From NCBI GenBank assembly GCA_029862975.1, contig JAOTWP010000006.1:41-64040 (forward strand): DNA of 64,000 nucleotides. Reading direction: 5' to 3'. The notes under the pieces are model-generated. The model worked only from the letters and a program-made list of their open reading frames with translations, ran no database searches and had not been told where the DNA came from. The DNA comes from Acidobacteriota bacterium (GTDB lineage: Bacteria > Acidobacteriota > Thermoanaerobaculia > Multivoradales > JAHEKO01). Shown here one piece after another: positions 9,262 through 16,697 of this stretch (within the stretch, counting starts at the first letter, position 1; each line of letters starts with the position of its first letter). The position numbers and the translations under genes are program-made.

Positions 9262-9534
9262 GTGAAGCACTTCTCCTGGAGCCCGGAAAAGAACGAACAG
9301 CTCCTCCGGGAGCGCGGCATCACGTTCGAGGAGATCGTGTTTCACATCGAGCGGGGCGACGTTCTCGACCTTCTCGAACACCCGGACCGGAAACGGTATC
9401 CGGGGCAGCGCGTCTTCATCGTCGAGGTAGAAGCGTACGCGTACGTCGTTCCGTTCGTCGAAGCGGAGTCCGAAGTGTTCTTGAAGACCATCATCCCGAG
9501 CCGCAAGATGACGAGGAAGTACCTGGGGGACTAG
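9262..9534 (+). CDS. brnT: BrnT-family type II toxin
   Basis: MKHFSWSPEKNEQLLRERGITFEEI...LKTIIPSRKMTRKY; paired with downstream antitoxin. Confidence 0.85.
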   Translation: MKHFSWSPEKNEQLLRERGITFEEIVFHIERGDVLDLLEHPDRKRYPGQRVFIVEVEAYAYVVPFVEAESEVFLKTIIPSRKMTRKYLGD

Positions 9535-9536
9535 TC

Positions 9537-9812
9537 ATGGCCGAGCTGGACAAGGAAGAGCGCGAAGTGCTGGCAGCGGTCGAGGCCGCAGAGTGGAGGT
9601 CCGTTCGCGACAAGGAGAGGGAGATGGCTCGCTACGGCGAGTATGCGAAGGCCACGTTTCGCAAAGACCGGCGCATCAACATCCGGATCTCGACCAAGGA
9701 TCTCGAGGCGTTGCAGAAGAGGGCCCTGCAGGAGGGCATTCCGTACCAGACTCTCGTTGCCAGCGTGCTGCACAAGTACGTGTCGGGACGTCTCGCAGAG
9801 CGCGAAGCCTGA
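9537..9812 (+). CDS. CopG/RHH-type antitoxin (BrnA-like)
   Basis: MAELDKEEREVL...KDRRINIRISTKDLEALQKRALQEGIPYQTLVASVLHKYV; ATG 2 nt after the toxin stop. Confidence 0.85.
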   Translation: MAELDKEEREVLAAVEAAEWRSVRDKEREMARYGEYAKATFRKDRRINIRISTKDLEALQKRALQEGIPYQTLVASVLHKYVSGRLAEREA

Positions 9813-9838
9813 TCGATCCGTCCCCCTCGATCTCCTCG

Positions 9839-10069
9839 CTATCTCGCCGCGCAGCAGGCCTCCGCCATCCTGCGCATTGCCGCGGCGCGGGAAGTGGCGG
9901 TCTTCGATTCGCCGGTCTCGGAGACAGAACCGGATGACGAGTCCTGCCCGGTGTCGCAGAAGGCCTCTTTCATCCGTTCGAAGATGGGGCCGCAGCATTC
10001 GGGCATGATCTTGCCGACGCGATCGCTGCGGGCCTCGTCCGGCGCCGCATTTCGGTTCTTGTCACCCAT
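9839..10069 (-). CDS. Small Cys-rich hypothetical protein (76 aa, two CC pairs)
   Basis: RBS GAAAGGAG before ATG 10069; MGDKNRN...MPECCGPIFERM...MAEACCAAR; upstream ECF-type motif. Confidence 0.6.
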   Translation of the reverse strand: MGDKNRNAAPDEARSDRVGKIMPECCGPIFERMKEAFCDTGQDSSSGSVSETGESKTATSRAAAMRRMAEACCAAR

Positions 10070-10118
10070 GGTTCGTCTCCTTTCGCTTCCCGTCGTTTCA
10101 GCCGATGGGTCTGCTGCT

Positions 10119-10148
10119 GAGACGAAACGGACAGGCGAAGGGATACAC
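10119..10148 (-). promoter_or_regulatory. Putative ECF sigma promoter, copy 1 (GTGTATCCC-N12-TTTCGTCTC)
   Basis: Both 9-bp boxes and the 12-nt spacing are identical to the copy at 10916-10945; CGTC is a typical ECF -10 core. Confidence 0.7.
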
Positions 10149-10312
10149 AGCTCGAGCTCGGGTCGGTGGCGGGTTCGAGTCGCGCTACTCGAATGGGCGG
10201 GGCGTTGCCCTCCGAGGAGGCGTTGCGGAACGAGCCGCCGGGGAGTAGAGGTGAGATCTGTTGCCGCGCACCACCCGCCGGCCTGCGGCGTCAATGCGAC
10301 CCGAAGGATGAA

Positions 10313-10906
10313 TTGACGATCACTGCCCCGGAGTTGGCGAACCAGCTCGCGCCCCAGCGGGCGAGGATCTACCGCTACATTCTCGGCATCGTTCGCGATG
10401 TGGCGGAAGCCGAGGATCTGACGCAGGAGACCTTGCTCCGGGCCTACGCCAAACGGTCGACGTTGGACGATCCGGCAAGAGTGGCGTCATGGCTCTACCG
10501 CATCGCCACGAACGTTGCCTATGACCGGTTTCGGCAGGCCGCCTACCGCCACCGGCCGCGATCGCTCGCGCAAGAGGGCGGCGCAAGCGGCCCGGACAAT
10601 GCCGAGATTGCCGTCGATCCCGGACCGCGGCTCGACAAGATGATGGAGCAAAGGGAGATGAGCGCCTGCGTTCAGGACTACATCGCGGCTCTCCCGGAGT
10701 CTCATCGAGCCGTGATCCTGCTGCACGACGTGCAGGGCCTGACGAATCCGGAGATCGCCGAGATGCTGGATCTTTCGCTGGCAACGGTGAAGATCCGCTT
10801 GCATCGGGCGCGCAACAAGCTGCGAGCCGCCCTCGAATCGGGTTGTTCGTTCGAGAGCGACGAGCGTGGGGTGAGGACCTGCGAGCCCAGGGGTACAGCG
10901 ACCTAG
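10313..10906 (+). CDS. ECF sigma factor (SigZ/ECF238-like, Cys-containing C-terminal tail)
   Basis: AEDLTQETLLRAY, SWLYRIATNVAYD, EIAEMLDLSLATVKIRLHRAR; tail GCSFESDERGVRTC; TTG start at 10313 inferred. Confidence 0.9.
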   Translation: MTITAPELANQLAPQRARIYRYILGIVRDVAEAEDLTQETLLRAYAKRSTLDDPARVASWLYRIATNVAYDRFRQAAYRHRPRSLAQEGGASGPDNAEIAVDPGPRLDKMMEQREMSACVQDYIAALPESHRAVILLHDVQGLTNPEIAEMLDLSLATVKIRLHRARNKLRAALESGCSFESDERGVRTCEPRGTAT

Positions 10907-10915
10907 CGCATCGAG

Positions 10916-10945
10916 GTGTATCCCCGAGGCCGGCGATTTCGTCTC
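10916..10945 (+). promoter_or_regulatory. Putative ECF sigma promoter, copy 2 (GTGTATCCC-N12-TTTCGTCTC)
   Basis: Just downstream of the sigma gene stop; identical boxes to 10119-10148; followed by a GGGAGG RBS-like sequence. Confidence 0.7.
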
Positions 10946-10969
10946 CACTTGCGGGAGGAAACGAGCGGT

Positions 10970-11173
10970 GTGATTCAAGAGAGCCTGACGAACGCGACAC
11001 TACACTACTGGTCTGGAGGAGCCGACGATGGGCTGATCTTCCTCCTGGGGGGCGCTTGGGAACTGTACGAGATCACGGTGCCGCTGCTGCCCTTGCTGCT
11101 GATTGGTGCCGGGCTGGTCCTGCTGATCGGCGTGCTTGGCGGCAGACATCTGGCAAGGCGATCACACGGATGA
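10970..11173 (+). CDS. Small hydrophobic hypothetical protein or gene remnant
   Basis: Hydrophobic stretch GLIFLLGGAWELYEITVPLLPLLLIGAGLVLLIGVLGG; start uncertain. Confidence 0.35.
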   Translation: MIQESLTNATLHYWSGGADDGLIFLLGGAWELYEITVPLLPLLLIGAGLVLLIGVLGGRHLARRSHG

Positions 11174-11203
11174 CCTTCAAGGGAGACAAAGGAGACTTGA
11201 AAG

Positions 11204-11362
11204 ATGGCGGCATTCGCAAACTCGATCGAACGACATCACAGACTCATCATCGCGGTGCTTTCATTGATCATCGTGGTGTTCGTGGTCTCGTGCACGTTTC
11301 ACGAGGTCATCCCGATCTGCCACTGGCTCTTCAAGTGCGATCACTCGATGCACGCTGGCTGA
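11204..11362 (+). CDS. 52-aa membrane peptide with Cys/His-rich C-terminus (absent from ORF track)
   Basis: AAAGGAG RBS; MAAFANSIERHHRLIIAVLSLIIVVFVVSCTFHEVIPICHWLFKCDHSMHAG*. Confidence 0.6.
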   Translation: MAAFANSIERHHRLIIAVLSLIIVVFVVSCTFHEVIPICHWLFKCDHSMHAG

Positions 11363-11505
11363 GCCCCTGGCCGCTGCGTGACATCCAGCAGCGAAGAGGC
11401 CAGTTGCCGCCGTAGCTGGTCGAGGTCCGGCAGCCAGGCCTGAATCCGGCTCCAGCCGGGGACGGCTCGAGCTGCCCGAGGCCCGCGCTCGACGCCGGGG
11501 CTGGC

Positions 11506-12486
11506 TCACACGGTGACGACGACCTTTCCGCGGGCGTGTCCCTGTTCGAGGTAGCGGATCGCCGCGGGCGTCTCGGAGAGCGGGTAGGTCCGGTCGATGA
11601 CCGGCGTGACCCTGCCTTCTTCGATGAGCTCCTTCAGGAAGTCCAGGTCGCGGACGTTCATCCTGGCGACGTAGAAGGCGATCCGCTGGCTCACGAAAGG
11701 CGACGACACGAGCGCCCGGGCGAGCCGTGCCATGGGCCCGAGCCAGCGGCCGCCTCCCGCTCCGCTGCTCGGCACGAGCGTTCCCTTGCGGGTCAGGGCG
11801 CGCCTGCAGTCCGACGCGGACTGTGTCCCCGCCAGCTGGAAGACGAGGTCGTAGCGCCGACCCCCACGGGCGAAGTCCTCGCGGGTGTAGTCGATGACCC
11901 GGTCGGCGCCGAGCGAGCGGACCAGCTCCACGTTCGGCGTGCTGCACACGCCCGTCACGTGGGCTCCGAACGACTTGGCGATCTGCACCGCGAACGTCCC
12001 CACCCCGCCCGAGGCGCCGATGATCAGGACCCGCTGGCCGTCCTGGATCCGCCCGTGGTCGCGCAGACCCTGGAGGGCCGTGAGGCCGGCGACGGGCACC
12101 GACGCCGCCTGCTCGAACGTCAGGTTGGCCGGCATCGGACACAGCCGGTCCTCGGGCGCGCATACGGAGTCGGCAAGGCTGCCCCCCCGGCATCCGGCGA
12201 CGTCTCCGAACACCGCGTCGCCGGGGCGAAACCGGGTCACGCTCGCGCCGACCCTCGCGACCCGCCCCGCGAGGTCGGCGCCCAGGCCGTGGGTCTTGGG
12301 CCGGCGCAGGCCGCTTTGCAGGCGCATCAGGTACGGCTCGCCCCGCAGGAAATGCCAGTCGAGGGGATTGACGCTCGCGGCGCGGACCCGGACCAGCACC
12401 CCGTCATCGCCCACCTCCGGCTCGTCGATCTCCGCGAGCTCGAGAGCCTCGGGCGGGCCGTACTCGCCGCAGACGATCGCCTTCAC
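11506..12486 (-). CDS. NAD(P)-dependent MDR family oxidoreductase (quinone-reductase-like)
   Basis: VKAIVCGEYGPPE, AASVNPLDW, IIGASGGVGTFAVQIAK, GHARGKVVV; RBS GGGGAG. Confidence 0.9.
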   Translation of the reverse strand: MKAIVCGEYGPPEALELAEIDEPEVGDDGVLVRVRAASVNPLDWHFLRGEPYLMRLQSGLRRPKTHGLGADLAGRVARVGASVTRFRPGDAVFGDVAGCRGGSLADSVCAPEDRLCPMPANLTFEQAASVPVAGLTALQGLRDHGRIQDGQRVLIIGASGGVGTFAVQIAKSFGAHVTGVCSTPNVELVRSLGADRVIDYTREDFARGGRRYDLVFQLAGTQSASDCRRALTRKGTLVPSSGAGGGRWLGPMARLARALVSSPFVSQRIAFYVARMNVRDLDFLKELIEEGRVTPVIDRTYPLSETPAAIRYLEQGHARGKVVVTV

Positions 12487-12758
12487 CGCTTTCTCCCCGG
12501 CGCTGGCCTCGGGGCGGTGCGCACTCGGCCGTTCGACGCGAGAGTGACCGTCTCTACCCGGCCAGCGATCCTCGGACACCCTAGCACCTCCGGGTGGCGG
12601 GCGAGCCGCGCGAGGGGATGGCGCCAGCCGTTCCCGCTTGACGGCGAGAGTGCTACTGTGCTGCCCGTTGCGGGGCTCTCGCCGACCGGAGCGCCGCTCT
12701 GCCCGGGCCGACCGACCGTGAAACGCGCCATCCCCTCTCCAGGTCTCTCCCCCGCGCC

Positions 12759-15002
12759 GTGAGCTCCCCGGCAAACGAGACCGCGGCCGGCTCGGCGCGG
12801 CGCTTCGGGGCCTTCGGCGGCGTCTTCACGCCGAGCATCCTGACGATCCTCGGGGTCGTCATGTACCTGCGGCTCGGCTGGGTGGTGGGCCAGGCCGGGC
12901 TCGCCGGGGCGCTCGCCATCGTGCTGCTCTCGCACGTCATCTCGATCGCCACCGGGCTTTCGGTGTCGAGCATCGCGACCAACCGCACCGTGGGGGCGGG
13001 CGGCGCCTACTTCATGATCAGCCGCTCGCTCGGCGGACCCGCCGGAGCGGCGGTCGGCATCCCTCTCTTCTTCGCCCAGGCCCTGAGCATCGCCTTCTAC
13101 GTCGTCGGCTTCGCCGAGAGCCTGTCCATGCTGCCGATCCCGGCGGACCCGCGGCTCGTCGGCACCGTCGTCTGCGTGGCGCTGACCCTCATCTCCCTCA
13201 AGGGGACGGACCTGGCGATCAAGACCCAGTACGTCGTCATGGGCGCGATCGGCCTCTCGCTCGTCTCCTTCTTCCTCGGCCGCGCCGATTCGCCGCCCGC
13301 GGCGGTCGCCTGGCACAACCCCGCGGGCCTGCCGTTCGCCACCGTCTTCGCCGTGTTCTTCCCGGCGGTCACCGGGATCATGGCCGGGGTCAGCATGTCG
13401 GGCGACCTGCGCGACTCGCGGCGCGACCTGCCGCGCGGCACGCTGTCCGCCATCGGCGCCGGGCTCGTGATCTACCTCGCGGTTCCCATCTGGCTGGCCG
13501 TCAATGCCGACAGCGCCACGCTGGCCGGCGACTTCCGGGTCATGTGGAGCATCGCCTACGTGCCGGCGCTGATCTTCGTCGGCGTCTGGGCCGCCACGCT
13601 CTCGAGCGCGCTGGGCAGCATCCTCGCCGCGCCGCGCACGCTGCAGGCCCTGGCGCTCGACGGCTTCATGCCGAAGCTCTTCGCCCGCGGCTCCGGCCCC
13701 GCCAACGAGCCGCGCTACGGTCTCGTCTTCAGCTTCGTCCTGGCGGAGATCGCCGTCCTCCTGGGCGGTCTCGACGTGATCGCCCAGGTGCTGACGATGT
13801 TCTTCCTCGCCACCTACGGGGTCACGAACCTGGCCTGCGGGCTCGAGAAGTGGGCCGCCAGCCCCAGCTTCCGGCCCACCTTCTCGGTGCCCTGGTGGAT
13901 CAGCCTCTTCGGCGCCGGGGCCTGCTTCTACGTCATGAGCATCATCGACCTGCCGGCGATGCTCGCCGCCCTCGTGATCTGCGGGCTCATCTACTCGCTG
14001 GCCCAGCGCAAGTCGCTGGGCAACACCTTCGGCGACGCCCGGCACGGGATCTGGGCCGCCCTGGTGCGCTCCTCGCTGCACCGCTATCGCCGCGCCCAGT
14101 TCCATCCGGTCAACTGGCGGCCGAATCTCATCATCTTCGGCGGCAGCCTGGCGCGGCGGACCTATCTCGCCGACCTCGGCTGCGCCCTGGTGCAGGACCG
14201 GGGCATCGTCTCGTTCTCCCAGCTGATCGAGGGCAACGTCCGGGACAAGGCGGCGGAGCGGCAGTCCGCGCTCGCGCTGCTCGAGGAGCAGGTCAAGCAG
14301 GAGTATCCGCTGCTCTTCTGCCGCGTCGACGTCGTCGAGGACGTGCACCGCGGCATCGTCTCCGTCGCGCAGTCCTACGGCGCCGGCAACTTCGAGGCCA
14401 ACGCCGTGATGTTCGGGTGGTCGGACAAGCCCGAGCGCCAGGAGGCGCTGCTGCTCAGCATGATCGACCTGATGGCGCTCGACCGCTCGGTGCTCGCCGT
14501 GCGCTTCGACAACCAGCGCGGCTTCGGGGTCGGCCGCCGCATCGACATCTGGTGGGGCGGGCTCGAGCGCAACGGCGCCCTCATGCTGCTCCTGGCCTAC
14601 CTGCTCAACTCGGACGACCACTGGCGCGAGGCCGAGGTGCGGATCCTCACCGTCGTCGGCTCGGAGAGCCAGCAGGAGACCGCCGAGCGCGAGCTCGAGC
14701 GGGTGATGGCCCAGACCCGGCTGTCGGCGAACCGCCGCGTCCTCTGCGAGCCCGACACGGTGATCACCGAGATCATGCGCCGCGAGAGCAGGGACAGCGA
14801 CCTCGTGCTGCTGGGTCTGCGCCAGCCCCGGCCGCGGGAGACGGCGACCGAGTTCTTCGGGCACTACGACCGGCTCCTCGACGTGCTGCCGACCACCATG
14901 CTGGTGGCCAGCGCCCCGAGCTTCGAAGGCGCGCCGGTGCTCTTCGACTTCCCGAGCCCGCCGGAGCCCGGCGCCGAGGATCCCGCGCGCGAAGAGGAGT
15001 GA
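12759..15002 (+). CDS. Cation-chloride cotransporter (SLC12/APC amino acid permease family) with C-terminal cytoplasmic domain
   Basis: FGAFGGVFTPSILTILGVVMYLRLGWVVG, GGAYFMISRSLG, FFPAVTGIMAG, NWRPN, IDIWWGG. Confidence 0.9.
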   Translation: MSSPANETAAGSARRFGAFGGVFTPSILTILGVVMYLRLGWVVGQAGLAGALAIVLLSHVISIATGLSVSSIATNRTVGAGGAYFMISRSLGGPAGAAVGIPLFFAQALSIAFYVVGFAESLSMLPIPADPRLVGTVVCVALTLISLKGTDLAIKTQYVVMGAIGLSLVSFFLGRADSPPAAVAWHNPAGLPFATVFAVFFPAVTGIMAGVSMSGDLRDSRRDLPRGTLSAIGAGLVIYLAVPIWLAVNADSATLAGDFRVMWSIAYVPALIFVGVWAATLSSALGSILAAPRTLQALALDGFMPKLFARGSGPANEPRYGLVFSFVLAEIAVLLGGLDVIAQVLTMFFLATYGVTNLACGLEKWAASPSFRPTFSVPWWISLFGAGACFYVMSIIDLPAMLAALVICGLIYSLAQRKSLGNTFGDARHGIWAALVRSSLHRYRRAQFHPVNWRPNLIIFGGSLARRTYLADLGCALVQDRGIVSFSQLIEGNVRDKAAERQSALALLEEQVKQEYPLLFCRVDVVEDVHRGIVSVAQSYGAGNFEANAVMFGWSDKPERQEALLLSMIDLMALDRSVLAVRFDNQRGFGVGRRIDIWWGGLERNGALMLLLAYLLNSDDHWREAEVRILTVVGSESQQETAERELERVMAQTRLSANRRVLCEPDTVITEIMRRESRDSDLVLLGLRQPRPRETATEFFGHYDRLLDVLPTTMLVASAPSFEGAPVLFDFPSPPEPGAEDPAREEE

Positions 15003-15009
15003 GCTCCCG

Positions 15010-16686
15010 CTAGGCGCGGCTCTCGAGGAGGGCCACGACCTCGTCGCGGTGGGAGTGGACGATGAGCAGCACCAGGTCCCCCGGTTCCGCCCAGGCGAGG
15101 GCGGCGCGGGTGGTGTCGAGCTCGTCGCCGGTATGGGCGAGGTGCTCGTCGCCGGCGCCGAGGCGGCGCAGCTCGGCTTCGAGAATGGCCGCGACCTCGC
15201 CTTCTTCGCGGCCCCGCAGGTAGTCGCTCATCGACTTGATCAGGATGCGGTCGGGGCGGGCGCGCCAGGTCGCGGCCGCGAGGTCGCGAATGGCATCGTC
15301 GTCGCGGTCGCCGGCCTGGCCGATCGTCACGAGGCGCCTTCTCGCCGGCAGCGCCGCGGCCATCTCGAGCAACGCTTCCACCCCGTGCGGGTTGTGGGCG
15401 AAGTCGAGGAAGATCCGCGCCCCGCCGACGTCGAACTCGTTGAGGCGGCCCGGGTTGCTCTCCGTGCTGCTCTCGAACCGGCGCAGCCCCTCGCCGATGG
15501 CCCGGGCGCCCAGCCCGAGCCGGCTCGCGACGCCGACGGCGGCCAGCGCGTTGGCGACGTTGTGCCGCGCCGCGCCGCCGAGCGCGACGGGAACGTCGGC
15601 GACCTCCGCCAGCGCCACCTTGCGGCCCTCCTCCACGAGCACGAGGCGGCCGCGCTCGAAGAGGCACCCGGAGCCGCCGGCCGCGACGTGGGCGGCCACG
15701 AAGGGATTCGCGCCCTCGAGCGTGAACCAGGTGATCGGGAGCGCCTGCCGCTCGCCGTGGCGCCGTACGACGGGATCGTCGGCGTTGAGGACGAGGTGGC
15801 GCGCCGCCCGGGCGACGACGAACTTGCACTCCGCGAGAGCGTCCAGATCGTGCACCCCGAACTCGCCGAGGTGGTCGGCAGCGACGTTCGTCACCGCCGC
15901 GACGTCCGTGCGCGCCAGGGCCAGGCCGCGGCGCAGCATGCCGCCGCGAGCGGTCTCCAGGACCGCGCACTCCACGCGGCGATCGCGCAGCACCCGGCGG
16001 GCGCCCCCCGGTCCCGAGTAGTCGCCGCGATCGAGGACGGCGTCGCCCGCCGCGATCCAGTCGGTCGAGGTGACGCCGGGGACGAGGCCGGCGGAGCGGA
16101 TCATCGCCGCCACCAGCCGCACCGTCGTCGTCTTGCCGTTGGTGCCCGTCACCTGGGCCACCGGGACGTCGCGGACCGCCTCCCAGGCGACGTCGTCCGG
16201 GTCCGGCAGCTGCCCCGCCGGCCAGGCGCGCGAGCCGGCGCCGAGGCCGATCGAGACCCGATCGTCGTCCCACAGAAAGGCCACCCCGCGCCGCGCCGCC
16301 GCGGCCTCGAGTGCCGGCAGCGCCGGATCGGCCTCGGCGGCGATGGCGGCCCGCAGGCGCGCCGCCGCCGGGGCGAGGTCGGGCGGCGCCCCGCCCGCGA
16401 GCTCGAGCGCGGCGGCCTCCCACGCCCACTCGTTGACCTCCGTGGCGGCATAGAGCGCGTCGATGGGCGCCAGGAAGGCGAGGCTCAGGCCGCCGGGAAA
16501 GACCCGGTGGGAGAGCGCCGCGCCGCCCCAGCCCACGGCCTCCAGGATCCGCCCGGCCTGGCGCTCCCAGGCCGCCACGGCCGCCGCGGCGTCCTCGCCG
16601 GCGCCGACGACGAGATCGAGCAGCGCCGCCGGCCCCGCGGTGACGAGGTTGGGGCCGGTGAGGCGCCGCGAGTCTCGGACCTCCAT
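15010..16686 (-). CDS. CphA-like Mur ligase family protein lacking the ATP-grasp domain
   Basis: MEVRDSRRLTGPNL N-terminus; GTNGKTTT, LETARGGMLRRGL, NVAADHLG, DFAHNPHG, GDRDD. Confidence 0.85.
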   Translation of the reverse strand: MEVRDSRRLTGPNLVTAGPAALLDLVVGAGEDAAAAVAAWERQAGRILEAVGWGGAALSHRVFPGGLSLAFLAPIDALYAATEVNEWAWEAAALELAGGAPPDLAPAAARLRAAIAAEADPALPALEAAAARRGVAFLWDDDRVSIGLGAGSRAWPAGQLPDPDDVAWEAVRDVPVAQVTGTNGKTTTVRLVAAMIRSAGLVPGVTSTDWIAAGDAVLDRGDYSGPGGARRVLRDRRVECAVLETARGGMLRRGLALARTDVAAVTNVAADHLGEFGVHDLDALAECKFVVARAARHLVLNADDPVVRRHGERQALPITWFTLEGANPFVAAHVAAGGSGCLFERGRLVLVEEGRKVALAEVADVPVALGGAARHNVANALAAVGVASRLGLGARAIGEGLRRFESSTESNPGRLNEFDVGGARIFLDFAHNPHGVEALLEMAAALPARRRLVTIGQAGDRDDDAIRDLAAATWRARPDRILIKSMSDYLRGREEGEVAAILEAELRRLGAGDEHLAHTGDELDTTRAALAWAEPGDLVLLIVHSHRDEVVALLESRA

Positions 16687-16697
16687 CCCCGGGCGGC

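Noticed and set aside
10160-10195. tRNA-like T-loop GGGTTCGAGTC
   Set aside because: T-stem is mismatched and no acceptor, D or anticodon arms can be built; no integrase nearby to suggest an att remnant.
10916-10969. ORF-track start for the 85-aa ORF at 10916
   Set aside because: That GTG is the first base of the putative ECF -35 box; a start at or after 10970 fits the RBS better.
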